A stretch of DNA of 63,324 nt, the filler included, from Octopus bimaculoides (Eukaryota): NCBI RefSeq assembly GCF_001194135.2. It is 11 parts of 8 records of this genome, joined end to end, with 100 filler letters (N's around TTAATTAATTAA, not from the genome) between each part and the next. Parts side by side here need not be neighbours in the genome. Positions count along the whole stretch, not along the records: positions 35,375 to 41,326 come from NC_068986.1; positions 41,427 to 43,782 come from NC_068989.1; positions 43,883 to 55,478 come from NC_068981.1; 8 more parts are not named here. One strand, given 5' to 3'. The position numbers and the translations under genes were made by a program. Of this stretch, positions 40,972-54,334 are shown in pieces. The first letter of the stretch is position 1. Each line of letters opens with the position of its first letter. The notes beneath the pieces were generated by a model. That model was not told where the DNA came from and searched no databases. It saw nothing but the letters and a program-made list of their open reading frames with translations.

Positions 40972-41426
40972 GATAAAATAATAATGTGGTTTTCGTAATT
41001 AGCACGCCAAACTACCTCTGAATAGAAAATTTCCAAAAACTCGGGTATAAATTATGAAACGGAAAAGACCGTCTGCTACTTTGTCTGTTTGTGTGAGTGC
41101 ATGTGTATGTGTGCGTATGTGTGCGTATGTGTGCATGTGTTTGTATGTGTGTATGGGTGTGTGTGTGTGGGGGGGAGGTATATGTATGCAGGGGAAGAAA
41201 ATATTGGCTAATATATTGATAACTGATGCACCATGTGTGCATAATAAACGGGATCGTCGCAGCTGAAACATTTTTGATCATATCCCTGCTGAATCTGGGA
41301 TGAACTGGGAATAAACCACCACCACCNNNNNNNNNNNNNNNNNNNNNNNNNNNNNNNNNNNNNNNNNNNNTTAATTAATTAANNNNNNNNNNNNNNNNNN
41401 NNNNNNNNNNNNNNNNNNNNNNNNNN

Positions 41427-41463
<37 letters not shown>

Positions 41464-42849
41464 GCATACACACACACACACACACACTCATAATATATAT
41501 ATATATACATGCCAATACATATTTACATATATGTATATAACTATATCAATATATATGTACATACACATATATGCATACATCCATACATACACACACACAC
41601 ACACACACACACATACGCATATATATTCATACACATAAAATTATCCTCCGCTTTACCTTCAATGCTACACACACACATATATACACACACATACATACAC
41701 AGACAGACACAAAGTCTGTCGCACACAGACACAGACACACACATGCACAGACACACACTCATACACACACATATGTTCAAATAATAAGTAGAAACAGCGC
41801 TACGGTTGTAGATATTATCGACCGCACGAATCGCGATTGTTCGCCGGTAGGCTGTGGGTTAGCGCGATGGGGATGACACCCTCAAAGTGCCGGTGCTAAA
41901 ACACCTGAAAGTCATAGATAGGCGAGACACGTCGCCCTAAATCCCATTCACCAGAAATGGATATCGATATTTTGTCATTTTTGTTGCTTATCAGCATCAC
42001 TTACCTGAACCGAATTGGAGGCAAACTGAATGGCCAGTCTATGACTATGTGCAAATAGTGTAAAAAAAAACACCAAAAAACAATTGGTGGTGTACCACGA
42101 CGATGCATGTGCAAGAATGAATTCAAATATGAATTAAAAACAGCGCTAGTGTTTTAAANNNNNNNNNNNNNNNNNNNNNNNNNNNNNNNNNNNNNNNNNN
42201 NNNNNNNNNNNNNNNNNNNNNNNNNNNNNNNNNNNNNNNNNNNNNNNNNNNNNNNNNNNNNNNNNNNNNNNNNNNNNNNNNNNNNNNNNNNNNNNNNNNN
42301 NNNNNNNNNNNNNNNNNNNNNNNNNNNNNNNNNNNNNNNNNNNNNNNNNNNNNNNNNNNNNNNNNNNNNNNNNNNNNNNNNNNNNNNNNNNNNNNNNNNN
42401 NNNNNNNNNNNNNNNNNNNNNNNNNNNNNNNNNNNNNNNNNNNNNNNNNNNNNNNNNNNNNNNNNNNNNNNNNNNNNNNNNNNNNNNNNNNNNNNNNNNN
42501 NNNNNNNNNNNNNNNNNNNNNNNNNNNNNNNNNNNNNNNNNNNNNNNNNNNNNNNNNNNNNNNNNNNNNNNNNNNNNNNNNNNNNNNNNNNNNNNNNNNN
42601 NNNNNNNNNNNNNNNNNNNNNNNNNNNNNNNNNNNNNNNNNNNNNNNNNNNNNNNNNNNNNNNNNNNNNNNNNNNNNNNNNNNNNNNNNNNNNNNNNNNN
42701 NNNNNNNNNNNNNNNNNNNNNNNNNNNNNNNNNNNNNNNNNNNNNNNNNNNNNNNNNNNNNNNNNNNNNNNNNNNNNNNNNNNNNNNNNNNNNNNNNNNN
42801 NNNNNNNNNNNNNNNNNNNNNNNNNNNNNNNNNNNNNNNNNCAGTTGTT

Positions 42850-43413
42850 GGCTGCCTATCTACTTCTCATTTCGAGCATTGAACGACAATATGAGTCTTC
42901 GAAAAGGCAGTTGCTCCCACAAATACCAAAATAAAATTTGGAATTTATGGAGGGTTAAAGTTGGGAACAAAAACAGGACAGTGGAGACATACAAGGAAAC
43001 CAACCGAAAACAAGCATGGACGGTTGTTAAACCCGAATGAGGTTAAGATAGCGAACGCTGGAGAAATATTTTCTTTGACAAGAGAAAACATAGAGGAGAT
43101 AGGTAAATAGATACGTCCAGCCTCTAGAACAGCACTGAAAGAAAAGAAAGATGGACGATGGTCCCGTGTGAGAAACGAGACAGAGAGAGAGAGAGAGAGT
43201 AAAGGAGAAAGAAGGGGAGAGAGACAGATAGAAAACGGTGAAGGGGAAAAAAGGAATTAGAGACTGGATGAGAGAGAAAACGATAGTGGGAGAGAACAGT
43301 ATATGGTAGAATCGCATCAAAAACATTAAGATAAGCATACTTGGAAATGGATTCGTAGCGTTAAAGACTCATATTGACGTTCAATGCTCGAAATGAGGAG
43401 TAGATAGGCAGCC
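42850..43413. repeat. 50-bp inverted repeat around a 464-bp purine-rich spacer
   Basis: 42850-42899 versus 43364-43413 match at 48/50 positions. Confidence 0.9.
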
Positions 43414-43739
43414 GAAAACTGATGAAGGGTCGTTCTTTATGTTATTTGTCCTGTTTTCCATTAAATTTCTCTCGATGTTTGCGTATTCAACTCTGTTTTC
43501 TATTTCATGTTGTTTACTGTTTGTGACGTCCTGTATCCATATATGCATATTCATATATATATATATATGTATAATGAGAATTTACAAAAAAAACCCAAAA
43601 AACGAAGACTGGCGACGGGTGTGTAAGCAACAAACATATGTATTAGTTTAAAGCTATGTATATATGTATATATATATATTATTTATATTATTATTATTTG
43701 ATTGAACGCCACACATCTATTTCCAAGTATGTATGTATG

Positions 43740-43782
<43 letters not shown>

Positions 43783-43928
43783 NNNNNNNNNNNNNNNNNN
43801 NNNNNNNNNNNNNNNNNNNNNNNNNNTTAATTAATTAANNNNNNNNNNNNNNNNNNNNNNNNNNNNNNNNNNNNNNNNNNNNATACATACATACATATAT
43901 AAACATGTATATACATATATATATACAT

Positions 43929-43973
<45 letters not shown>

Positions 43974-44258
43974 CATACATTTTTTTTCTTCACTAGTTTC
44001 AGCTCCCAAATTGTACCCATGCCGTGGCACCACCATATGGTGTTGCTACATTATTTTTACTTCACTAATTCTTTTTAAAACCATGCAATGAATATTATAC
44101 TTTCTTCTATAAAATATCTTTCTTGTGGTACAAAAAAGATCATTATCATTTTTTAATAACTAGTTAATGTCTACAGATAATAGCAATTGTTTGACAAGGT
44201 ATAAATTTATTTTGACACAAGAAGGATGTAAAGTAAAATAAACGCCATAAAAATTTAC

Positions 44259-44324
44259 CTCTTGCTTTTTGAGTGTTAAAGGTTTAGGTGGGTTTGTGAG
44301 TGGTGTGGATGCCAAAAGTCTCCG
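44259..44324 (-). CDS. PNKP: PNKP internal exon (RRLLASTPLTNPPKPLTLKKQE), phosphatase-kinase linker
   Basis: tttttcag|CGGAGA...CAAGAG|gtaaat; 66 nt, phase 0 to 0. Open frame; length and position fit the linker before the kinase P-loop. Sequence similarity is weaker than for the other three exons. Confidence 0.8.
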
Positions 44325-45380
44325 CTGAAAAATTTATAAAAAGTAACAAATTATTATCCTGTTAAATGAACTTCTTTCAAATGTATAATTGTTTCCATGT
44401 AAGATATGGCAAATTTTAGTTTGTCTACTCTTTCTTTAGAAATACCTTTATTTATGGTAAAACAAACAAGGCTCGATTGATGTTACTTAACATTTTATCG
44501 CATCAACATGTAGTTTTGTCTCAAATCAGAATTTAACTCTGAGCATTATGCATATATACATGTGTGCGTACACAAGTTATTTAGTGACCTCATTTGTGCC
44601 AGTAGCATGGAGGTTGACATTAGGAAGGGTATCCATCTACAGAAACTATACTAATGCAAACACTTAAGCATAATGCTCACTGGATCCTGTCACATAATCC
44701 TATCCATGCCACCATGAAAAATAGATATTAAATAATGATGATATATATGTGTTTGTGTGTGTGAGTGTATACATGTATATATATGCATATATATATAAGC
44801 GTGTGTGAGTATATAACATATAAATATATGTGCATATACAAAATATATAATTGTGTGTGTGTGTGTGTGTGTGTGTATTCAAAGATTTTTGTTAGAAGCA
44901 GCTCAATAATTATCAACATCACATACTTAATGTATGTATGTTATTAAACACTTTTTAGGTTGTGGTATTTCCTCCCGAGAAGTTACCTTTAAAGAAATAG
45001 AGTATCAAAAAACACAGTATACTTCAAAGCTAAACAAAACAAATTACCTCAGAAGTGAGCATCTTTAAAAGGACTTTCACTACACAAAATACTACAGCCT
45101 AAAAGCAATTAGCAACACACAAACATTAAGTGTTGGCCCCTTGTGGGTAATAAAAAAAATCACAAACATTAAGTATATGACATTGATAATGTTTATATAT
45201 ATATATATAAATGTCAAGCAATGAGAATGAATGCTCAACACCACATTGGAGGATAAAATTTCTTTATTTGTGTATTAAGGCTTCCATTGGTTTCATGTTA
45301 ACAAAATATCTTCATATCTTAACAATTTTTCTAGCCAATCATGTGGAGGAATGGTGTTCATCTCCATTTTGGATGCAAAC

Positions 45381-45420
<40 letters not shown>

Positions 45421-45502
45421 ATGGACAGAGCCCAGAAGCTAATTGCTGGGAAGCAAACCTCTTACCACACAGCCATGCTTGTGCCTATCATATACATACA
45501 TA

Positions 45503-45732
45503 CAGGTTGGCCAAAAGTCACCTGATAGCAAATCAAAACCATTTAATTCCAAGATTTATCTATGTTTAACAATTGAATGAATTTCATAAACGCATCTAAA
45601 TATGAAACATCATGGAAATTGTTCAAACTGACGTCCTTCTTGAGCAACACCATCTTTCCAAATGAATAAATAAAACTGAATATTAAGTATTTATGGAATT
45701 TTGATTTACTGTCGGATTAATTTTGGCCAATC

Positions 45733-45735
<3 letters not shown>
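45503..45735. mobile_element. Tc1/mariner-derived MITE (233 bp) with TA TSD, in a PNKP intron
   Basis: TA|CAGGTTGGCCAAAAG...TTTTGGCCAATCCTG|TA; ~36-bp imperfect TIRs. Minus-strand internal remnant VAQEGRQFEQF resembles a transposase C-terminus. Confidence 0.75.
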
Positions 45736-45774
<39 letters not shown>

Positions 45775-46889
45775 GTGTGTGTGTGTGTGTATGTGTGTAT
45801 GAGCACAAGCAAAGCTATATGGTTAAGAAATTCACTTCTTAACAACATGGTTTCAGATGCAGTCCTACTGTGTTGTGCCTTGAGAAAATAGAATTGGTAG
45901 ACAGAAACTGAAACTGTGGGTGGGTGGGAGTGCTGTGTGTACGCATGTATGTGAGTTTGTGCATGTGTGTGCGTTCCTGTCTTGACATTAAACAATAATT
46001 CATCAACCACGTTATTCATTTCCAATCTTCAGCGAAAACATTCTTGGAAACAAGTGCGGTTAAACAGCAGGAAGGATATCTAGCCATAGAATATCTGCCT
46101 CAAAAAGTCTGACTAGTTTACGCTAGCATGGAAAAGAATACTTGGCAGCATTTCATCCATTTTTACATTCTGAGTTCAAATTCTACCATGGTTGATTTTG
46201 CCTTTCATCCTTTTGGGGGTCAATAAAATAAGTACCAGATAAGTACTGGGGTTGATGTACTTGACTTACACCCTCCTCTGAAATTGCTGGCCTTGTGCCA
46301 AAACATAGTTTCTGTCTACCAAATTCACTCCCAAAGCATTGGTCAGCACAAAGTGTTGTGAAGCAGGACTGAACACAAAACCCATGTAGCTGCTAAATGA
46401 AATTCTTAACAAGCAAAATCGTGATGGCACCTGGCACTTGTGCCGGTGGCATGTGTAAAGACATTCAAGCGAGATCATGCCAGTGCCCCTGGACTGGCTC
46501 CTGTCCAGGTGGCACGTAAAATACACCATTTTGAACGTGGCCGTTGCCAGTACCACCTGACTGGCCTTCGTGCCAGTGGCACGTAAAAGCACCCACTACA
46601 CTCTCGGAGTGGTTGGCGTTAGGAAGGGCATCCAGCTGTAGAACCTCTGCCAAATCAGATTGGAGCCTGGTGTAGCCACCTGGTCCACCAGTCCTCAGTT
46701 AAATCGTCCAGCCCATGCTAGCACGGAAAGCGGATGTTAAACGATGATGATGAGGAGGAGGAGGACATTTGTTTTTCATTTTAATTAACAATAAAAGAAA
46801 CTATAGATTTAGAGAAGAATATTTTTGTTTTAAAGAGTAAGAAACAAAAAAGAAGAAAAAAAAGAAATGGTTTAGGCAAAAGTACTTAC

Positions 46890-46982
46890 TGGGTCAAAAT
46901 CAGGCATATTGAAAGGTGCAACTTCTGCTGATAAAAAATATTCTTCTGGTGTATAAAACTTTACATTGATATTAATGGCAAA
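46890..46982 (-). CDS. PNKP: PNKP internal exon (FAININVKFYTPEEYFLSAEVAPFNMPDFDP)
   Basis: tttatcag|TTTGCC...GACCCA|gtaagt; 93 nt, phase 0 to 0. Matches human FALNLGLPFATPEEFFL...FELPAFDP. Not present in the ORF track. Confidence 0.93.
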
Positions 46983-47329
46983 CTGATAAAAACCAAATGA
47001 AAAATGTCAGTACTTGATAATAAATTAATGATACAACAATACCATAATACAAAACAGATATGAATCTATATAGATGTTGATATAAGAGATTATTTCAAAG
47101 TCATTCTTAATGTTCTAAATGCAGGTATTTATGTTGAGTTACCTACTAATTAGCAATTGTCAAAGACATTATTCTTTGAAAAAACAATCTAACCCTAGAT
47201 TTTGCTAAAAGATTCATTTCTATCAGTAAACAAAAAAAATAAACATAATTATGCATGCAAGAATGTCCCTCCTATTCCAGACAACTTATCCTGGGTATAA
47301 AATAAAATAAATGCTCAGAAAATGATAGC

Positions 47330-47580
47330 CTCTTCAACATATCCTTGGAGAAATAAGTAAAATATCCAAGAAATTCGTTTGTGTCTATACAGGGACAATA
47401 GACTAAACATCTCCCAAATTTCAGATGAAGATAAATAAGATGAATTTAGGAAAAAACCTAATAAATATTTTCAAAGAGTTTGACCTAAAAGCATCTATAC
47501 ATATGAACTTAACCATAGCAAATTATCTTGGCATAACATTAACTCTAAACACTAGAAAACATTACCATTAAATGAAACCA
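47330..47580 (+). mobile_element. Penelope-like reverse transcriptase remnant in a PNKP intron
   Basis: CLYRDNRL (cf. GLYRDDGL), then NIFKEFDLKASIHMNLTIANYLGITLTLNTRKHY (cf. NLxxVNFLDITxNL). Confidence 0.7.
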
Positions 47581-47611
47581 AATGAAGTGGCTTTAAGTGT
47601 TAGTTTAAGTG

Positions 47612-47823
47612 TTAGCAAGCCCGGCGAAATGCCTAGCGGTATTTCATCTGCCGTTATGTTCTGAGTTCAAATTCTAACAAGGTCGACTTTGCCTTTCATC
47701 CTTTCAGGGTCGATAAATTAAGTACCAGTTATGCACTGGGGTCAATGTAATCGACTTAATCCCTTTGTCTGTCCTTGTTTGTCCTCTCTATGTTTAGCCT
47801 CTTGTGGGCAATAAAGAAATAAG
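47612..47823 (+). mobile_element. SINE family B, tail Y
   Basis: Core plus tail Y. A more diverged copy lies at ~46140-46305. Confidence 0.82.
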
Positions 47824-48242
47824 TGTAAGCATAAATTCAAGCTACCACCCATGCTACAGCCATACAAAGAGCACCCAATACACTCTTAAGTGGTTGGCAT
47901 TAGGAAGGTCAACCAGCTGTAGAAACCAATGCAAAGCAGACATAGAACCTGGAAGAGCCCTCTGGCTTGTCTGTTCATATCAAAATGCCAAACACATGCT
48001 AGCATGGAAAAAGGGACATTAAACAGTGGTGGTGATGATGATGATGATGATGATAAAGTATGTAATCCAAGCTGTGTCTCCAAAAAGCACATCTGCATAA
48101 TCCAGTACTCTAAAGTATATTTGTAGATATTATATTTCATACAAGAGTTGAGAATACTAGAGAATACTGGAAGATACATTTACAGAAAACTGGAAAACTT
48201 TTTTGGTATTATTTATTCCCATTACAAAACTTTCAATAGCAG

Positions 48243-48402
48243 GTGCAGGAGTGACAGTGTGGAAGTAGCTTGCTTACCAACCACATGGTTCCGGGTTCAG
48301 TCCCACTGTGTGGCACCTTAGGCAAGTGTCTTCTACTATAGCCTCGGGCCGACCAAAGCCTTGTGAGTGGATTTGGTAGACGGAAACTGAAAGCAGCCCG
48401 TC

Positions 48403-48446
<44 letters not shown>

Positions 48447-48669
48447 GTGTGTAAATGTTTGAGTGTCTGTGTTTGTCCCCCCAACATCGCTTGACAACCG
48501 ATGCTGGTGTGTTTACGTCCCCCGTAACTTAGCGGTTTGGCAAAAGAGACCGATAGAATAAGTACTAGGCTTACAAAGAATAAGTCCTGGGGTCAATTTG
48601 CTCAACTAAAGGCGGTGCTCCAGCATGGCCACAGTCAAATGACTGAAACAAGTAAAAGAGTAAAAGAGT
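48243..48669 (+). mobile_element. SINE family A, full length, 8-bp TSD
   Basis: TSD AATAGCAG at 48235-48242 and 48670-48677; B-box GGTTCAGTCCC; CORE-like GGCACCTTAGGCAAGTG; internal (TA)n; tail GTAAAAGAGTAAAAGAG. Confidence 0.9.
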
Positions 48670-50435
48670 AATAGCAGTTACAGAGGCATACATGTAGAAA
48701 AACATGTAAGGCATCTATCAATAATTCTTCAGACTGAGAATTAAAATTATACTATTAAGATAATATCATTTCAATATATTACAAGTTCATTAGCCATCAC
48801 AATGCTGCCAGCAAAAATATTTGTTAATCATACACGTACCTTCATAAATTGTTCAAAGTGAAAGTTTTTTTTTTTTAAATCTGTGTTGTGCTGTCTCTAT
48901 GTTGAAAGGTATACAAACACACACACACAAACAAACAACAACAAAAAATAACTATAGGTATTATAAATATATGCATATGGGTTTTGTATAAGTCTGTGTT
49001 TGCATTGTGTTGACAGGCTTGCACTTAAAATTCCCACATTTTAACCAAAACTTGTCAGTTAATAAGGTGACAACACTGTTTATTTACCTTTCACACACAC
49101 ACTCTCTCTTTTCCCCTCTCTCTCTCAATAATTTTTTCTCCTCTTCTTCCCTCTCTCAACACACGTTACAGGCAAACAGTCAGAGATCAGCTCTTTTAGA
49201 AAATAAGATTTTGATTCTCAGCCTAATCACTAATAGATGTCTTGCATATTTTTCTGTTTAACTGCTATTGGTAATGAAATTTTTGTAATGGGAATAAATA
49301 TTACCAAAAATATTTTTCCAGTTTTCTGTTTTGATACATGTGTATCTGTGTGTGTGTGTATGTGTGAACATCATCATCATTTAACATCAAACCTCCCATG
49401 CTGGCATGGGTTGGATGGTTTGACACAAGCCGGCCAGGAAGACTACACCAGGCTATTGTGTCTGCTTTGGCATGGTTTTTATGACTGGATGCCCTTCCTA
49501 ACACCAACCACCTCGCAGATTGGACTGAGTGCTTTTTATGTGGCACCAGCACATGTGAGGTCAGTTTTGGCATGGTTTTATAGCTAGATGCCTATCCAAA
49601 TGCCAACTGCTTCACCACGTGGACTGGATGCTTTTTATGTGGCACCAGCACTGACAGGGTCACCAAGTAACTTGCAAAACAAGGAATATTGAGAAAGGAG
49701 GGAGCATTGGAGGAGGTGATCTTGTGTCAGATGATGAAAGGTTAGAGTGTGACAGAGAGGTAGAAACAGGTGTTTTGCTATAGAGGAGATACATAGTTAC
49801 CCAGCCAGAGAGAGAGAGAGAGACCTAATGAGAAAGAGGACAGAAATAGGTGTGCTGATGTAAAGGAGATACTTGGTTACCTAGTCATAGAGAAGAGCAA
49901 CAGAGGGAAAGAGAAAGTGATTAAGAATGAGGGGCCTGACTCATCGTTATTGGTTTGCAGTTTCAGTTCCTGGACTGTGCAGCGCATTGTGTTCTTTGAA
50001 CAAACCACTCCACACAGCTGTAAATGAGTACCAGCCACTGCTTGTGCAACCGTCACATCCTGGATGCTTCATTGGGTCAAATGTGAGAAGGACCAAGAAG
50101 GTGTCTACATCAGCCTGCAACTACATAAACACCTAAAACAATTAATGAAGGTATGGTACATGCTACCAAGCCCTATCTGCTTGCAAGTGACAGCTGGATG
50201 TGCTTTTATACTACATACACATACACACAGAGATTCATGAATAACCATGTTTAAAGGCTACTTTATAACCGCATGGTTCCAGGCTTAATCTAGTAGATGA
50301 ATAGGTGCAGACATAGCTGTTTGATCAAGAAGTTCATTTTTAATCATGTGGTTCTGTGTTCAATCCTGCCATAAAGCACTCAGAAAAGATAATGTATGCT
50401 AGGTTGTAGGAATAGAATAATTAACTATAACTCAC

Positions 50436-50503
50436 CAATCGATCAGAACAAGAAAAATCTTTCTTTTTCCCATGCTTCCAATTATCAGGTCGTCCAGCAG
50501 CAT
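50436..50503 (-). CDS. PNKP: PNKP internal exon (D-AAGRPDNWKHGKKKDFSCSDRL)
   Basis: ttttag|ATGCTGCTGGA...GATCGATTG|gtgagt; 68 nt, phase 1 to 0. Close match to human [24 protein letters not shown] (from memory). Confidence 0.95.
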
Positions 50504-52450
50504 CTAAAAAGCAAAATAGAAAATAGTTAACCCTAATAAATGCTTTTTTCTTATTCTTCTTTGTCAGCAATTTTAAAATCAGTTTGAATAAATAAAGTAA
50601 TTTTGATGGACAAGACAAGAATATGATGTACACATCCTATTGAGCGTTAGCAAATAATTGTTGATTAGTCCCAGGTTAGCACCGATTGTGTAGATAACCT
50701 ATGATTAAGTAGTGGTCAAGATATTACCATTCCACACTTTCTGTATATCAGAGACTGCATTATACAATATGTTAATTTCTTAAAGATGGTAGAGTGAGCT
50801 GGCTCTTCTGAGTTCCTAGTATATACACCAAACACTGACAGCCCATACATCCTGTGTTATGCAATACTGTATCCTTGGTTAAATCTGCTATCTGCTATCA
50901 ATGATCCAATCTACCCATCTGTCAATAGATACTATGAGAAAGCAAAATTTACTGCGATATGTAGAACAATCACTGTAAAATTGGCAATTCTTTATACACT
51001 GCACTATATAATATTATTCTGTATTATATTTACATATAAAAAATACAAAGAGTCCCTATAGGAGAGTAGTAAATGAAATGAACTGCTAATTACATATATG
51101 GCCAAGATACTGACCACATTAAAAGTAGAGCCATTCTTTTACGCCTCAAGATATCTGTTTAATTTTATGCCTCAAGATATCTATATAATTAGTAATTTAC
51201 CAACAAAAATACTGACACATGCTAGTATGGAAAATCAATGCAGAACAGCAATATCATATACACTCATTTATTTAAGGCCCATTTATCTATGCAAGCATAT
51301 GGATTGAATGGGAATGTATTTCAGGCAATATTTTACAAATAGATGCTCTTCTTGTTGCCAACATTAAAATGTTTCATGTAGGGGAATTTTATTCCACAGG
51401 TCTTCAAAAGTGCAGAGCAACAGTCATAATGTCAACAAGAAATTTAAACATCATATCACCATTTCACTCAAGGAAAGCTGTAGGATAACAACATTCACAC
51501 ACATATACACACGTGTGTGTGTAATATCATCATCATTTTAATGTCCACTATTCCCTGTTCCATGCTCACAAGGGTCAGACAGAATTTTATAAGACAGACC
51601 ATTTACAGTTGTCATCTACCAAATTCAATCAAACGGCATTAATCAGCCTGGAGTGCCATGCTGTGGGACTGAATCTGAAACTACATGGTTGCAAAGTGAT
51701 CTTAACCAGCAAACCATGCCTATACCTATAAGCCAAACTAGAAATTCCAAACACATTTATAGCGACATTCTGCTTAATCAATCCCTTTTTCAGTAAATTT
51801 ATCATCAATATTTTGAGTGACCAAGTTATTATACTAAGGATATTCAACACTGTAATAGTAGAAGTTACCATTTGAAACTTGACAATTCAATAATTTGTGA
51901 AATGAAATTTCGTTACGAGAAATAGCATATTCAACAATTCAATTCTGTTGTGAATTATCTCCACTTGGATATGATAGCCTTTCAAATTACTAGCGCATGG
52001 AGAATAGTTACTTCCCTTTGAAAGGTCATCTACTTCAACTGTAACGAAATTACTGTCCAGGTTATATCTTTAAAACTATAAAAATCTTTTGTTTTAATAG
52101 TTCACATAACTAATATTTACATAAACATTATATTTCTTATTTTGAATTGGCAGAAGGCTAAGTTTCGTGCAGAACACTTATCAAACGCATCATATCACTG
52201 TTATTTCATCAATACGTGAAGATTTGTCTTGAGCCCTTGCACTCAAAGTGCCAGTTACCCAGTTTCTGGACATCACAACATTCCCTTTGAATGGGACGTT
52301 GGTCAGTTGCAAGATTACTCATTTACGCTGAGTGGGATGGAGCAACAAATGAAATGGAATGTTGCTCAAGAACACATTGCACAAACCAGTCCAAGAAAAA
52401 AATTAATCCAGCAATAATTAAGAGTGCAAAACCTTAATTACTAAGGCCAT

Positions 52451-52523
<73 letters not shown>

Positions 52524-54130
52524 ACAAGAGAAAGAGAGAGTGAGAGCGAGAGAGAGAGAGAGCAAGAGAGAGTGAGAGCAAGAGAGAGAGAGAGCAAGAG
52601 AGAGAGAGAGCAAGAGAGAGAGAGAGCAAGNNNNNNNNNNNNNNNNNNNNNNNNNNNNNNNNNNNNNNNNNNNNNNNNNNNNNNNNNNNNNNNNNNNNNN
52701 NNNNNNNNNNNNNNNNNNNNNNNNNNNNNNNNNNNNNNNNNNNNNNNNNNNNNNNNNNNNNNNNNNNNNNNNNNNNNNNNNNNNNNNNNNNNNNNNNNNN
52801 NNNNNNNNNNNNNNNNNNNNNNNNNNNNNNNNNNNNNNNNNNNNNNNNNNNNNNNNNNNNNNNNNNNNNNNNNNNNNNNNNNNNNNNNNNNNNNNNNNNN
52901 NNNNNNNNNNNNNNNNNNNNNNNNNNNNNNNNNNNNNNNNNNNNNNNNNNNNNNNNNNNNNNNNNNNNNNNNNNNNNNNNNNNNNNNNNNNNNNNNNNNN
53001 NNNNNNNNNNNNNNNNNNNNNNNNNNNNNNNNNNNNNNNNNNNNNNNNNNNNNNNTATATACACACACACACACACACACAGAGCTTGTTTTTGCTTAAA
53101 TTATGCAAATTAACTAAAGCCATTTCTATTTTCTACTTACAGGTAGAATATTTTGTGCCAGATATGGCCAGTTTAAATGCTAGAGGGTTAAACATCAAAG
53201 TAGCTATTTCTGTCAAGCAAGAAATGTCATTTACTTTTAGAATTGATATTTTTGTCCACAACACAAAATTTTTTAAAATAATAACAGAATTTTAAATCTT
53301 GCAAAGTTTGTTTAATAACTTGCAACATAAGTCAGGTGGGAGCAATATGCAAACCCATCTAATCTATGCTAGTATGGAAAAATGGATCATCGTCATCATT
53401 TAACATCTGTTTTCTATGCTGGCATGGGTTAGACAGTTCAACAGGAGCTGGTCAGCTGGAGAGCTGACCAAACTCCAATTGTTTGTTTTGACATGGTTTA
53501 TACAGCTGGATGCCCTTCCTAAATGCCAACCACTTTACAGAGTGTGTTGGATGCTTTTCACATGCTACTGCCACAGGTACCCTTACATGGCACCAGCACA
53601 AGTGCATTGCATGTAGTACCAGCATGAGTGCATTTAACATGGCACCAGTACAAGTGCAGTTTACATGGCACTAGAATGAGTGCATTTTATATGACACTGC
53701 ACTTGCAGAACAAAGACCTCTTGGCTGGAAGACAGGGTGGGGACGTGACCATGGGAAAAATGGGCATTTAAACAATCATGATGACAAATGATGATATAGT
53801 CATCATTACTGAGCAGACAGCTGATAGCTATTGGGACATGTTCTTGAAGCGAAGTATTCATTGAGTCCCACTTTGCCTAGCTGAAAAACAAGAGGTATAA
53901 TTCCAGCACATTACAGTTTGGTGACTATAGTAGAACAGACTTAATTTTAACACACAATTTCAGATAAAAGACCTCTTGCCTAGAAAGTAGATCAAAAATT
54001 AGCAATTTTATTAATCTGAAATTTCATCACACACTATCCTTATATTGAGGGAAATATGGGAGCATTTGTTACAAAAAAATACAAATGAATTGTTAAAAAA
54101 ATTGTTAAAATAAGAAAAGTATTAACTAAC

Positions 54131-54179
54131 CTCCAACATAAAAACTTTTCATGTGATCAATCGTAATGTTATCGTTTTC
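54131..54179 (-). CDS. PNKP: PNKP internal exon (ENDNITIDHMKSFYVG+G), phosphatase domain
   Basis: Minus strand gttatag|GAAAAC...GTTGGAG|gttagt; 49 nt, phase 0 to 1. Joins the next exon to give SFYVGDAAGR, the PNKP phosphatase motif (human SIFVGDAAGR, from memory). Confidence 0.9.
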
Positions 54180-54334
54180 CTATAACATAAAAAACACATA
54201 ATTAAATCAGTTGACAATGTACATAAATGTAGCTCTATAAACTACACCATAGAGAATGTAAATTAATTCAAAGTAAGAAAATGTGTCAAGAAGAGTTTTA
54301 TTTCATTTAGGATTATAGCCAATCAGGTGTAATA

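Noticed and set aside
43415-43440. CTGATGA motifs here and at ~35760 as hammerhead ribozymes
   Set aside because: No stem II followed by GAAA in the required order.
45048-45098. Minus-strand 51-nt AG..GT segment (AVVFCVVKVLLKMLTSE) in a PNKP intron
   Set aside because: The PNKP alignment has no room for it, since FDP is followed directly by the 44324 exon; likely a pseudo-exon, although alternative splicing is not excluded.
53086-53295. ORF with a gtaagt-like donor in a PNKP intron
   Set aside because: It is the end of the piggyBac-like repeat (minus strand TTAACCCTCTAGCATTTAAACTGGCC) and has no PNKP similarity.
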